DNA of 64,000 bases. Origin: an uncultured cyanobacterium (lineage in GTDB: Bacteria > Cyanobacteriota > Cyanobacteriia > CAKZMO01). A model generated the notes under the pieces. The model searched no databases and was not told the origin of the DNA. It saw only the letters and a program-made list of their open reading frames with translations. The stretch lies in the NCBI GenBank assembly GCA_963719515.1, contig CAVRCJ010000003.1, forward strand, positions 448,001 to 512,000, given 5' to 3'. Within the stretch, counting starts at the first letter, position 1; each line of letters opens with the position of its first letter. Shown here piece by piece: positions 49,554 to 61,160 of the stretch. Both the position numbers and the translations under genes were made by a program.

Positions 49554-50864
49554 TTACACGATGGTTTGCTGCCACTCCAGGCGGCCCAGGGTTTGCGCCC
49601 GCTCTAGCGCCCGCTCAAAGCTGTCGAGCTTCGGCTCAATGAAGAACGGCTCGCCGACGTGATCTTGAACGGCTTCTTGAGTTTTGAGACCGTTACCCGT
49701 GATGTAGGCCACCGTTGTCTCCTCGGAATCAATTTTGCCGGCTTCCACCAGCTTTTTGAGCACGGCAATAGTAGTACCGCCCGCCGTCTCGGTGAACACG
49801 CCTTCGGTTTCCGCCAGCAGCTTCATGCCCTCCACGATTTCCGCGTCGGTCACCGCCTCGATGTTGCCGTTGGTCTTGCGGGCCAGCTCTAGGGCATAGA
49901 CGCCGTCAGCCGGGTTACCGATAGCAATAGACTTGGCAATAGTGTTGGGCTTGACGGGGGTGATGAAGTCTCGCCCTTCTTTAAAGGCCTGGTAGATGGG
50001 GGAGCAGCCTTCTGCCTGAGCGCCGCTAAAGCGCACCGGCTTATCGTCTACAAGGCCGACTTTGACAAATTCCTGGAAGCCTTTGTAGATTTTGCCGTAT
50101 AGAGAGCCGGAGGCCAGGGGCGCAACGATGTGGTCGGGGAGCTGCCAGCCCAGCTGCTCAGCCACCTCAAAGCCTAAAGTCTTGGAACCTTCGGAGTAGT
50201 AGGGGCGCAGGTTAATGTTGACGAAGCCCCAGCCGTGGGTGTTGGCCACCTCGGAGCACAGGCGATTGACCTGGTCGTAGTTGCCTTCCACCGCCATTAG
50301 GGTAGGGCCGTAGATGAGGGTGCCCAGCACCTTACCGGATTCTAGGTCAGAGGGAATAAAGACGCAGCAGTCCAGTCCGGCGTGGGCCGCGATCGCCGCT
50401 GTAGAGTTGGCGAGGTTGCCGGTGCTGGCGCAGGATACGGTGGAGAAGCCCAGCTCCTGGGCGCGGGTGAGGGCCACGGAGACCACCCGGTCTTTAAAGC
50501 TCAGGGTGGGCATGTTGACCGCGTCGTTCTTGATGTAGAGATTTTTGAGACCCAGTCGGCGGGCCAGACGGTTGGCCTTGAGCAGCGGCGTCATGCCCGT
50601 CCCCACGTCGATGGGGGTATTGGTTTCTACGGGCAGAAAGGGGCGATAGCGCCAGATGGAGTTAGGGCCAGCCTCAATCACCTCGCGGCTCGTCAACCGT
50701 CGGATAGCATCGTAGTCGTAGCTCACCTCTAAAGGACCAAAGCACTCTTCGCAGACGTGCAGCGCCTTGGGCTCATACTCCGTCCCACATTCTTTACACT
50801 TCAGCGCGGTGAAGGTAGCGCTGTTGAGGCGAGGGTCGGTGATGCGGTTGAGGGACTGGGTCAT
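49554..50864 (-). CDS. thrC: Threonine synthase-like PLP enzyme with N-terminal zinc ribbon
   Basis: CKECG...CEECFGPL, PTLSFKDR, CASTGNL, EGSKT and TGNGLKT. Confidence 0.85.
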   Translation of the reverse strand: MTQSLNRITDPRLNSATFTALKCKECGTEYEPKALHVCEECFGPLEVSYDYDAIRRLTSREVIEAGPNSIWRYRPFLPVETNTPIDVGTGMTPLLKANRLARRLGLKNLYIKNDAVNMPTLSFKDRVVSVALTRAQELGFSTVSCASTGNLANSTAAIAAHAGLDCCVFIPSDLESGKVLGTLIYGPTLMAVEGNYDQVNRLCSEVANTHGWGFVNINLRPYYSEGSKTLGFEVAEQLGWQLPDHIVAPLASGSLYGKIYKGFQEFVKVGLVDDKPVRFSGAQAEGCSPIYQAFKEGRDFITPVKPNTIAKSIAIGNPADGVYALELARKTNGNIEAVTDAEIVEGMKLLAETEGVFTETAGGTTIAVLKKLVEAGKIDSEETTVAYITGNGLKTQEAVQDHVGEPFFIEPKLDSFERALERAQTLGRLEWQQTIV

Positions 50865-50910
50865 GGGTTGCTCTCTCTTGAAAGTGGTTTCTTTTTCCTA
50901 GGTTGCTCGA

Positions 50911-50968
50911 AGTGTATCACGGCTAAAAAATTGGCGTCAAACATACCCGACCTAAAGAGTCGGGTATG
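50911..50968 (-). promoter_or_regulatory. Promoter of thrC-like/moaD with an upstream Rrf2 (IscR type-1-like) palindromic operator
   Basis: On the minus strand TTGACG-18 nt-TACACT; perfect inverted repeat CATACCCGAC-N7-GTCGGGTATG at 50942-50968. Confidence 0.65.
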
Positions 50969-51212
50969 CCAAATCTCTCTTTGTGTAAGGCTCTGAGGCG
51001 ATTCTTCTGTAGCGGGCTTAAAAGAAACTCAGTTTTGAGGCCACAAGTTGACGGTCTATTTGGCCCAAAGCTTGACAAGGGCTACATCCAAAAGCGATCG
51101 CACTATAAGAAATCAACACCGTTAATCTGTCCGGTATCAGGGTCCCGTTGGCTATCGTGGATTGGCAGTGAGTCTGTTTGACAAATTTTATGCCCTTCTG
51201 CGGAGCTAACCC

Positions 51213-52037
51213 ATGATTAACCCTGTTGTTTGCCCCGAAACCTCCGCTAGTCTATGGGCCAGTTTTAGCTGGCAGACGTTTGGCTGGTTCAGCGACATCA
51301 AGCTGGTTTTAACGGCCCTACTCTCTCTCACTGTTTTGCCCTGGCTCATCAAGCTACCGTTCAGACGCTGGATCAGCGGTTTCAGCCTCGCTCTTCTGGC
51401 GCTCTATTTCATCGCGGCGTCTCCCACAGTGACAGCGTTAGGGCTGCAGGGGCTGACCCTACCGCTCGCTGCACCCCAGACGACCAGCGCCGACGCTATC
51501 GTTGTTTTGGGCCGAGGGGCAAATCTACAGACCGCTCGGCTCGAAACGGCATTTTCGCTGTGGCAGAGCGGGTATGCCCCCCGAATTTTTATCAGCGGTC
51601 GCGTCGATGCCCCCCAGATGGTTCAAAAGCTCAGAGCTATGGGGGTGCCAGAGCGCGCTGTCGACGGCGAGCCTTGCTCTAGCACGACTGAGGAAAATGC
51701 TCAGTACAGCGCCAGCATCCTGCAGCCCCAAGGCGTCAGCCGGATTGCCCTGGTGACAGACGGTCCCCACATGCTGCGATCGCTGCTGACCTTCCACAGC
51801 TTAGGATTTGACGTCACGCCTTACAAAACACCGCTGCCCAATACTCTAGGACAGTCAAGGTCCAAGTTTCTCATCGCCCGTGAGTATCTAGGACTAGCCA
51901 GCTACGGCGCTTTGGGGCGCTTCTTTCCGCGTACGGTTGCCTCGATGCCAGCGGTTCCCACTGACATCTCAGCTTCGCCGGATAGCGACGCTTTGCTTAA
52001 GAGCATTTTTGATAGCGCTGCAGCGCCCCGAAGCTAA
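51213..52037 (+). CDS. YdcF/DUF218 (ElyC/SanA-like) protein
   Basis: DAIVVLG.G, R...A..L, ISG, E..S..T.ENA, LVT...HM.R and REY. Confidence 0.88.
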   Translation: MINPVVCPETSASLWASFSWQTFGWFSDIKLVLTALLSLTVLPWLIKLPFRRWISGFSLALLALYFIAASPTVTALGLQGLTLPLAAPQTTSADAIVVLGRGANLQTARLETAFSLWQSGYAPRIFISGRVDAPQMVQKLRAMGVPERAVDGEPCSSTTEENAQYSASILQPQGVSRIALVTDGPHMLRSLLTFHSLGFDVTPYKTPLPNTLGQSRSKFLIAREYLGLASYGALGRFFPRTVASMPAVPTDISASPDSDALLKSIFDSAAAPRS

Positions 52038-54100
52038 TCCTCTCGCCGCTGGCTGGCGCTGACCTGCGCTTCGAGCTGCTCCACTGAGCGAGCAGGCTCC
52101 TGGCAGCTTAGCCCCTGGCACACCAGTCCAATCGCGCCCTCTGGCAGCGGCGAGATCTGAGCGACCAAAGTGGGAGCATACCGAACCGCTAGCTTGACGA
52201 GTTCAGGTGTTGTCTTGAGCAGGATATGGGTTTGATACCAGTCTAGGGCCGCAAATAGACTCGGGCAGCTCTGGGGCGATCGCGCCATTACGCCAGCAAA
52301 GGCCTCCAAGGCCCGCTCGGCTCGATCTAGGTAGTCCAATTTTTCCTGCCGCAGGGCCAAGCGGACGAGACTGGCGATCGCCACGCCGTTGGCTGATGGC
52401 GTGGCGCTGTCAGTGTAGCTGCGCTCACGCACCAAGACATCGTCGCTCACATCTTCAGCGGTATTAAAATACCCCCCCGCCTCACTCCCAAGCTGCCGGT
52501 CAAATTCCTGCTGAACGCGATCGGCTAGGGCTACCCAGCTTGTGCTTTGGCCCTGCATGTCTTGGCCCAGCACTAGCGCCGCCTGGTCAAGATCCAGCAG
52601 CGCCTTGATAAATAGCGCGTAGTCTTCAGATTGGGCAGGGATAGTGGGAACCCCGCCGTAGTTGAGGCGGTAGAGACGTTCGTCCTGCCACTGGTGAGCC
52701 AAAATAAAGCGGGCAGCTCCGGTCGCCAGCGCGTAGAAATCGGGCCGGTCAAACACCGCTGCCGCTCGCGCCAGCCCCGAGATCATCAGGCTATTCCACG
52801 CCACAATCATCTTGGTATCGGTCACGGGGGGAATGCGCCCCGGCCCGAGATTCTCCTTAGCTTCTTCGGCAGTGGTGGCCGGGGGAAAGCTTGCGCCAGG
52901 CTCAACGCCGTAGCGCTGCCGAAATAGGGCATCAAAGGCGGGCTGCAGCGCCGGATCAAGCTCGCCGCCGTGCTGCCGCTGCAGCACGATGTTGCCCTCA
53001 AAATTACCACCTGCGGTGACGTCGAAAGCATTAGAGAGCTGCACTAGCTCATGGTCGGTGAGAAGTTCCGACAGCGCGCCGTAGTCCCACACATAAAACG
53101 CCCCCTCTTCCGGCTCAGAGTCTTCTGGGGTGACAAAACTGTCGGCATCCTGAGCGGCGTAGAAATAGCCCTCCGGCGCAGTCATCTCTCGCCGCAGCCA
53201 GGCCACGGCCCCATCAATTGCCCGCCGGTATGCGGGGTCGTGCTCACCAGCACTCCACAAGTTGGCCAAATACTCTACGATTTGTCCGTTGTCGTAGAGC
53301 ATCTTCTCGAAGTGGGGGACGGTCCAGGTGGGGTCGACGGTGTAGCGGTGAAATCCGCCTCCCACATGGTCACAGATCCCCCCCAGCGCCAGGTTGAGGC
53401 CGCGCTGCTGGGCCAACGCCATTGAGTCGTAGCGGCTTTCAGGCCCAAACTTGGCCCCTCGCAGTGCCGCGTCCGCATAGGGAATCATGGGAAACCGGGG
53501 GCCGGCTCCCGAGGCGGACAGGACGCCAGCGCTGTAGCCCAGACCTGCTTTTAGAAGCTCTGGCGTCAACGCGCCTGTGCCTGCCGTAGACGTCAGCTGG
53601 CTAAGCTGCTGCAGCTGCGTCAGCATCTGGCTCGTCATCGCCTCTAGCTCACCCGCTTCGCTGTCGTAAAACCGGCGAATGGCCTGCAGCACTTCCAAAA
53701 AGCCAGGTCGCCCGTAGCGCGGTTCTACGGGGAAGTAGGTGCCGCCATAAAAAGGCACGCGACCAGGCGTTAAAAATATGTTGAGCGGCCACCCCCCTTG
53801 CCCCGCCATCATCTGCAGCGCCTGCATATAGATGCTGTCTAGGTCAGGGCGCTCTTCCCGATCCACCTTGATGGGGACAAAGTTGGCGTTCATGTAGGCG
53901 GCGATCGCCTCATCTGAAAACGCCTCTCCCTCCATGACGGTGCACCAGTGGCAGCTAGAGTAGCCGATGGATAAGAAAATGGGCCGGTTTTCGTCTACGG
54001 ATAAAGCCAGCGCCTCGTCGCACCAAGGCCACCAGTCGATGGGGTTGTGAACGTGCTTGCGCAGATAGAGGCTTTGGGAGCGGGCAAGATGGTTGGGCAT
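52034..54100 (-). CDS. YyaL/DUF255 thioredoxin-domain protein (SSP411-like)
   Basis: N.L....S.YL.KH..NP.DW, SIGYSSCHWCTVM, KVDREERPD.D, GGWPL and PHFEKMLYDN. Confidence 0.92.
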   Translation of the reverse strand: MPNHLARSQSLYLRKHVHNPIDWWPWCDEALALSVDENRPIFLSIGYSSCHWCTVMEGEAFSDEAIAAYMNANFVPIKVDREERPDLDSIYMQALQMMAGQGGWPLNIFLTPGRVPFYGGTYFPVEPRYGRPGFLEVLQAIRRFYDSEAGELEAMTSQMLTQLQQLSQLTSTAGTGALTPELLKAGLGYSAGVLSASGAGPRFPMIPYADAALRGAKFGPESRYDSMALAQQRGLNLALGGICDHVGGGFHRYTVDPTWTVPHFEKMLYDNGQIVEYLANLWSAGEHDPAYRRAIDGAVAWLRREMTAPEGYFYAAQDADSFVTPEDSEPEEGAFYVWDYGALSELLTDHELVQLSNAFDVTAGGNFEGNIVLQRQHGGELDPALQPAFDALFRQRYGVEPGASFPPATTAEEAKENLGPGRIPPVTDTKMIVAWNSLMISGLARAAAVFDRPDFYALATGAARFILAHQWQDERLYRLNYGGVPTIPAQSEDYALFIKALLDLDQAALVLGQDMQGQSTSWVALADRVQQEFDRQLGSEAGGYFNTAEDVSDDVLVRERSYTDSATPSANGVAIASLVRLALRQEKLDYLDRAERALEAFAGVMARSPQSCPSLFAALDWYQTHILLKTTPELVKLAVRYAPTLVAQISPLPEGAIGLVCQGLSCQEPARSVEQLEAQVSASQRRED

Positions 54101-54148
54101 AGGCCAAGGGATGGAGTTGCAGATCAGCCTGAGTCACTGCAACCAGCA

Positions 54149-54209
54149 TAGTGCGACCCGCCTCAAGAGATTAGTGCGACCCGCCTCAAGAGATGGTCTA
54201 TCTTGAGGC
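54149..54209. repeat. Exact 23-bp tandem duplication overlapping an inverted repeat
   Basis: TAGTGCGACCCGCCTCAAGAGAT x2 (54149-54194); GCCTCAAGA-N9-TCTTGAGGC. Confidence 0.8.
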
Positions 54210-54267
54210 CACTGTTGGGGAACATAGCGTAGCATAGCTACGGAATGATTCTTATTTGACTTCAACT

Positions 54268-54567
54268 ATGAGCATGTTTACCGGCCAAAACGGCCACACC
54301 ACCACGGGCAATCTCGGAATTGCCGTGATCGCAGGCGTTGGCGGCACCATCACCTTTCAGGGCTTTGAAACGGATGCCGAGGGAGATCTGCAGGCCTGTC
54401 TGACTATCAACGGTAACCTGTCAAAACGGACCATTGACCTGGGAACGCTGCCCGAGACCAGCGGCACTTTTAACGTTTCTTTCCCCGACGGCACTGACAT
54501 GAGCCTGTTCGATACGCTGGTGGTAAAAGCGGGAGACGATGCTGTGGGCAAGGCCCGTATCTCTTAA
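54268..54567 (+). CDS. Small DM13-like domain protein
   Basis: F.G..GH.TTG, DLG.L....G.....P...D.S.FDTLVV pattern. Confidence 0.55.
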   Translation: MSMFTGQNGHTTTGNLGIAVIAGVGGTITFQGFETDAEGDLQACLTINGNLSKRTIDLGTLPETSGTFNVSFPDGTDMSLFDTLVVKAGDDAVGKARIS

Positions 54568-54578
54568 GTCATTGAGCC

Positions 54579-55772
54579 TCAGACCGTCCAGCCCATTGAC
54601 TTCAAGACGTCCCGCAGTCGCTCAGCCTCGCTAGGGTTATCGTGGCGCTGGTGGATCGCGATCGCCTGCCGAAAGGCTTTGAGGCTCTCCTCGATGTAGC
54701 CCAGCTTGAGCAGCGTCACCCCCAGATTTTGGTGCGCCTCTGCAAACTCAGGCTCTAGGGCGATCGCCCGCTGGTAGGCGGCGGCAGCCTGTGGAAGCCG
54801 CCCCATTTGCTTGAGGGTGAGCCCCAGGTTGTAATAGCCTTTGGTAAAGCTAGGATCGGCCTGAAGGAGTGCCTGGTACTGGGCGATCGCCCCCTCTAGG
54901 TCGCCCTGACTCTGCTTGAGAGAGCCCAAATTCAGCCAAGCGCCAATCTTCGTCAGCGGGTCCACCGCCTGAGCAATCGCCTGCTCGTAGGCCGACATTG
55001 CCTCAGCAACGCGCTGCTGCTGCCGGTAGCCGATGCCCAGGTGGTAGTAAATTTCGTAGGCCTCAGCAGGGCCAGGCTCAAGCCTGAGCCCCTGTCTCAG
55101 CAGCTTTAGGCCGCTCTCAACTTGCCCTATCTGCAGATACAGCCCTCCTAGCTTGGCGCGTACGTAGGCATCTTCGGGGTGAGCGTCTCGAAACGCCTCC
55201 ATAGCCCGCCTCGCCCGCTCTAGCTTATTGAGGCGGACGATCGCGTCGGCCCCGTAGCCGTCATGGGCAATGGCCACGCCGGGCAGCTGGCCGATTTGCC
55301 AGTGGGGCTCCCGCGCCACCAGATCGCTGACGCTGTCGTCGACCATGGCGTGATAGGGGCGACTAAAGTGGATGTCGCTGTGGCGGCGAAACAGCCGGGA
55401 CACCAGGGAGTAGGGAGACTGAGCTGCACCCAGTTCCTGACGTAATAGGTTGATTACCAGTCGGTCCTCGGGGGCGATCGCCGTCGGAATTTGGGCGATC
55501 GCCTTGGGGGTCAAATACTCGTCGGCATCTAGCACCAGCGCCCAGTCTTTCGTGGCGCGGCGCAGGGACTGATTACGGGCCTCAGCAAAGTCATTGTTCC
55601 AGGGCACATGGTAGAGGCTTGCCCCAAACCGTTGGGCAATGTCGGGGGTTTTGTCCGTTGACCCCGTGTCGACCACGACAATTTCGTCGACGATAGCTTG
55701 AGCGCTGCCCAGGCAGGTCGCCAGTCTATCGGCTTCATCTTTAACAATCATGCACAGACTAAGCGTTGCCAT
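54579..55772 (-). CDS. Family 2 glycosyltransferase with TPR repeats
   Basis: LSLCMIVKDE, VDTGSTD.T, DFAEARN, LDADE and H.GY, followed by TPRs. Confidence 0.92.
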   Translation of the reverse strand: MATLSLCMIVKDEADRLATCLGSAQAIVDEIVVVDTGSTDKTPDIAQRFGASLYHVPWNNDFAEARNQSLRRATKDWALVLDADEYLTPKAIAQIPTAIAPEDRLVINLLRQELGAAQSPYSLVSRLFRRHSDIHFSRPYHAMVDDSVSDLVAREPHWQIGQLPGVAIAHDGYGADAIVRLNKLERARRAMEAFRDAHPEDAYVRAKLGGLYLQIGQVESGLKLLRQGLRLEPGPAEAYEIYYHLGIGYRQQQRVAEAMSAYEQAIAQAVDPLTKIGAWLNLGSLKQSQGDLEGAIAQYQALLQADPSFTKGYYNLGLTLKQMGRLPQAAAAYQRAIALEPEFAEAHQNLGVTLLKLGYIEESLKAFRQAIAIHQRHDNPSEAERLRDVLKSMGWTV

Positions 55773-55873
55773 AGGGTCAATGGGTGAGCTTTCTTTCACC
55801 AAAGGTCAAATGTAACGGATTGCAACAAGGAGATTTATAATTTAGGCTATTAAAGCAATAGATGGATTTTTAA

Positions 55874-57304
<1,431 letters not shown>

Positions 57305-57455
57305 CAGTAAGCTAGATATGGGACTGTCCCCGCATGCATTACGGTGCGGTGCCTAAGCGATATGTCTTGGGTATCGCCGTGTGAGTGCGAGCCAGCTGTA
57401 AACCTGTTGGAGAAATTGGCTGCTTGCTGTAATGTCTGAATTTTCCCGCAACGCA

Positions 57456-58382
57456 ATGCTGCAACTGACTAAGCCTATCTCCATGACTACACTGGCTCCA
57501 CTGGAGGACGCTTACGAGTTCTGCCGGCAAGTGACGGCTAAATACTCAAAAACTTTCTACCTCGGCACGCTGCTCATGCCTGAGGCTAAGCGGCGGGCGA
57601 TATGGGCCATCTATGTCTGGTGTCGCCGCACTGATGAGCTTGTAGACGGGCCAGATGCGGAGTCTACCACTCCCGAAACCCTAGACCATTGGGAAGCCCA
57701 ACTCGAATCGATTTTTGCAGGTCAGCCCCTCGAAGATCCCGATGTGGCGCTGGTTGACGCGCTGCAGCGGTTTCCCATCGACATTCAGCCCTTTAGGGAC
57801 ATGATTGCGGGACAGCGCATGGATCTGTACCGCAGCCGGTACGAGACTTTTGAGGAGCTGAATCTGTATTGCTATCGGGTGGCGGGTACCGTTGGGTTGA
57901 TGTCGAATAGCGTCATGGGGGCGGATACCAGTCGAACGACAACGCCCTGGTATCGGGAAACCACCAGTAACCCTGAAGAAGAGGCGATCGCCCTCGGCAT
58001 TGCCAATCAGCTCACGAATATTCTGCGGGACGTAGGGGAAGACGCTCGCCGAGGCCGCATCTATTTGCCCCTAGAGGACCTATCGCTGTTCGACTATACC
58101 GAGGCTGACCTCATCAACGGCGTCATCGACGGCCGCTGGCGGGAGCTGATGCGGTTCCAGATTCAGCGGGCGCGCAAGTTTTACGCTGAGGCAGAAAGCG
58201 GCATCTGTCGCTTGAGCCCAGACGCTCGCTGGCCGGTGTGGACGGCGCTAATGCTATATCGGCAGATTTTAGATGAAATTGAGCGCAACCAGTATGATGT
58301 GTTTACCCGGCGAGCCTATGTGCCGAGCCTGCGAAAGTTAGGCACGGTGACTCTAGCCCGCATGCGGGCAGAAGTGCTTTAA
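57456..58382 (+). CDS. crtB: Phytoene synthase
   Basis: KTFYLGT.LM, CRRTDELVD, YCYRVAGTVG and QLTNILRDVGED..RGRIYLP. Confidence 0.96.
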   Translation: MLQLTKPISMTTLAPLEDAYEFCRQVTAKYSKTFYLGTLLMPEAKRRAIWAIYVWCRRTDELVDGPDAESTTPETLDHWEAQLESIFAGQPLEDPDVALVDALQRFPIDIQPFRDMIAGQRMDLYRSRYETFEELNLYCYRVAGTVGLMSNSVMGADTSRTTTPWYRETTSNPEEEAIALGIANQLTNILRDVGEDARRGRIYLPLEDLSLFDYTEADLINGVIDGRWRELMRFQIQRARKFYAEAESGICRLSPDARWPVWTALMLYRQILDEIERNQYDVFTRRAYVPSLRKLGTVTLARMRAEVL

Positions 58383-58445
58383 CGCAGAGGCAGTTAGGGG
58401 GCAATCCTTGTCGGCTTACACCATCAGTCAGTAGGGAGTTCAAGT

Positions 58446-59231
58446 TTGGTGAGCACTGCTCAGCAGCTTATTCAGTACAAGCAGGACGGAACGCCCATTG
58501 TGGTGTTGACGGCCTCCGACTATCCCACAGCGCAGCTGCTAGATCAAGCGGGGGTCGACGTTATCTTGGTGGGGGACAGCCTGGGCATGGTGACCCTGGG
58601 CTACGACACTACGCTACCCCTAACCCTCGAAGAGATGCTGCACCACGCCAAGGCCGTACGCCGGGGCGTCAAGCAGGCTCTGCTGGTGTTTGACCTCCCG
58701 TTTTTGAGCTACCAGGCTAGTTTAGAGCAGGCTACCCTAGCGGCAGGGCGGGCGCTCAAAGAGGCAGGCGCTCAAGCCGTGAAGCTAGAGGGGGGCTACC
58801 CTCGACTGGTGGAGACGGCCGCCCATTTGGTGCAGGTGGGCATTCCGGTGATGGGGCATCTGGGTCTTACGCCCCAGTCTGTCCATCAGCTAGGAGGATT
58901 CCGCAAGCAGGGAAAATCCCCCGAGGCCCAAGACGCGCTGATTTCGCAGGCAATTGCCCTTCAGGGGGCAGGCGCATTTTCCATCATCTTGGAGCATATC
59001 CCAGCAGAACTCGCCCAGCGGGTCACCCAAACTCTGGAGATCCCCACCATCGGCATTGGCGCTGGGCCCTACTGCGATGGGCAGGTGCTGGTCACCTCCG
59101 ACGTGCTTGGTCTCTCAGAGTGGCAGCCTCCCTTCGCCAAGTCCTACGCTGACCTACGGAGCGTTATTGCTGAGGCAGCGAAGGCCTTCTCGAATGACGT
59201 GCGGCAGCGTCAGTTTCCCCCCTTGCCTTAG
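58446..59231 (+). CDS. panB: 3-methyl-2-oxobutanoate hydroxymethyltransferase
   Basis: [23 protein letters not shown] and IGIGAG..CDGQVLV. Confidence 0.95.
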   Translation: MVSTAQQLIQYKQDGTPIVVLTASDYPTAQLLDQAGVDVILVGDSLGMVTLGYDTTLPLTLEEMLHHAKAVRRGVKQALLVFDLPFLSYQASLEQATLAAGRALKEAGAQAVKLEGGYPRLVETAAHLVQVGIPVMGHLGLTPQSVHQLGGFRKQGKSPEAQDALISQAIALQGAGAFSIILEHIPAELAQRVTQTLEIPTIGIGAGPYCDGQVLVTSDVLGLSEWQPPFAKSYADLRSVIAEAAKAFSNDVRQRQFPPLP

Positions 59232-59236
59232 CTGCC

Positions 59237-59878
59237 GTGACCCAGCTCGATCATCCTATTACCCTTGAAAGCTTCGCCATCATCGATCGGGAACTGGAGC
59301 CGCATTCCTTCACGGCTTCGGAATACGCGGTGGTCCGTCGGGTGATCCACGCGACGGCGGACTTTGAGTTTGCTAAACTCATGCGCTTTAGCCCAACGGC
59401 GATCGCCAGCGCTATGAGAGCCCTTCAGGCGAAAGAGCCCATCGTTGTGGACGTCAATATGGTGCATCAGGGCATCCGGCGGCGGGTGCAGCAGACGTTC
59501 CAAAACCCGATTTGGGTGGCGGTCAATGAAGCTGAGCGAGCCGCCCCCGGACTGACTCGCACCGAGACAGGGCTGCTGGAATGCTGGCAACGCTGCCCCC
59601 AAGGCATCTACGTCATTGGCAATGCCCCTACGGCGCTGCTGGCCCTGTGCCGCCTGCTTGAGCAGCGTCCTGCAGCGTCCCCCGCTGTAGTCATCGGCGC
59701 GCCGGTCGGCTTCGTTGCGGTGGAAGAGGCGAAGGCCGCCCTTTCCGAGCGCGATATTCCCCAGATTTTGATCGCAGGGCGGAAGGGAGGCTCTGCCGCC
59801 GCTGCCGCCATCGTGAATGCGCTTTTGGGGTTGGCCTGGGCCGAAGAGCGCGATCGCCCCCTGTCCTATGAGCGCTAA
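59237..59878 (+). CDS. cobH: Precorrin-8X methylmutase
   Basis: SF..ID.E, RVIHATAD, IGNAPTAL, PVGFV and GRKGGS..AAA.VNAL. Confidence 0.93.
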   Translation: MTQLDHPITLESFAIIDRELEPHSFTASEYAVVRRVIHATADFEFAKLMRFSPTAIASAMRALQAKEPIVVDVNMVHQGIRRRVQQTFQNPIWVAVNEAERAAPGLTRTETGLLECWQRCPQGIYVIGNAPTALLALCRLLEQRPAASPAVVIGAPVGFVAVEEAKAALSERDIPQILIAGRKGGSAAAAAIVNALLGLAWAEERDRPLSYER

Positions 59879-61160
59879 TTCATCCAATTTTTCCCTAATT
59901 CACGTCGTGGGCATTGGCCTAGACGGCGCGCCAGGGCTGTCTGAAACCAGCCGTCAGTACGTTGCAGCGGCTACGGTGCTGGTGGGCAGCGATCGCCAGC
60001 TGAGCTACTTTTCCGAGCACCCTGGGGAGCGCTGGTCCTTAGATACCCTGCTGCTGCGGCTTCAGCCCGTAGCGGATGCACCGGACCCTACGCAAGCGTC
60101 AGCCAAAATTGTTGTTCTCGCCTCCGGCGATCCCCTATTCTTTGGCGTTGGCCGGCTCCTGCTCCAGCACGTTTCTCCCCAACGTCTCGTATTTCATCCC
60201 CATCTAAGCGCCGTGCAGCTCGCTTTTAGCCGCGTCAAGCTGCCCTGGCAGGACGCTGAGGTCATCAGCGTCCACGGGCGATCGCCAGATGCCTTGATCA
60301 CTGCCCTGCGACGAGGGGCCTCCAAGCTAGCGGTACTCACCGACGGCGTCACTACACCTGCCGCCATCGGTCAGCTGCTTTTGAGTCTAGGTTTGGGCGA
60401 TCGCTACAGGGCCTGGGTTTGTGAGGCTCTTGGCAGCCCCGAAGAGCGACTGCTCTGCTGCTGTGCTAGCGAGCTGGCCCAAACAGACCACACACTGCTC
60501 AACGTCGTTATCCTTCAGCGCCAGACCCAGCCGTCTGCCTTAAACCCACCCAAGATTGGCATTCCCGACGAGCAGTTTGCCAGCTTCCCCGATCGTCCGG
60601 GCCTGATTACCAAAAAACCGGTGCGGCTTGTTGCTCTGGGCCAGCTCGAACTCCAGAATCATCAGGTGGTGTGGGACGTTGGCGCTGGCACCGGATCGGT
60701 GTCCGTCGAAATTGGGCGATTGTGTCCCCAGTCAAAAATATACGCCATCGAGAAAAGCGCCGCGGGTGCGTCGCTAATTCGCGAAAATCTGGCGCGTTTT
60801 AACGTCAAAAATGGCGTTCTCGTTCGAGGTCGAGCCCCAGACTGTCTTGTAGACCTTCCTGCCCCTCACCGCATTTTTGTGGGAGGAAGCGACGGCAACC
60901 TCGCTGAGATTCTTGAGCTTGCCCAGTCCAAACTGCTCGCAAACGGGGGGCTTGTTGCGGCCTTAGCCACCCTTGAAAGTCTCGCGATCGCAACGCAGTG
61001 GTTGGGCGATCGCGCGCCAGAAATTGTGGCTCAGTGGCATCACCAATTTTTACAGGTGCAGCTCACCTACTCGGTTCCAGTCGGCCCACTAACTCGATTT
61101 TCTCCCACAAATCCCGTCGCCCTACTGACCCTGCGTCGCCAGAACTGGGCCCCAAACTAA
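59868..61160 (+). CDS. cbiET: Bifunctional precorrin-6Y methyltransferase/decarboxylase CbiE/CbiT (CobL)
   Basis: VVGIG.DG, LASGDPLFFG, SVHGR, ITK..VR and WDVGAGTGSV. Confidence 0.92.
   Translation: MSANSSNFSLIHVVGIGLDGAPGLSETSRQYVAAATVLVGSDRQLSYFSEHPGERWSLDTLLLRLQPVADAPDPTQASAKIVVLASGDPLFFGVGRLLLQHVSPQRLVFHPHLSAVQLAFSRVKLPWQDAEVISVHGRSPDALITALRRGASKLAVLTDGVTTPAAIGQLLLSLGLGDRYRAWVCEALGSPEERLLCCCASELAQTDHTLLNVVILQRQTQPSALNPPKIGIPDEQFASFPDRPGLITKKPVRLVALGQLELQNHQVVWDVGAGTGSVSVEIGRLCPQSKIYAIEKSAAGASLIRENLARFNVKNGVLVRGRAPDCLVDLPAPHRIFVGGSDGNLAEILELAQSKLLANGGLVAALATLESLAIATQWLGDRAPEIVAQWHHQFLQVQLTYSVPVGPLTRFSPTNPVALLTLRRQNWAPN

Noticed and set aside
54149..54194. 23-bp direct repeats as CRISPR repeats
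   Set aside because: Only two copies with no spacer.
55811..55827. NtcA box upstream of crtP
   Set aside because: TGTAACGGATTGCAACA has the wrong spacing for GTA-N8-TAC.
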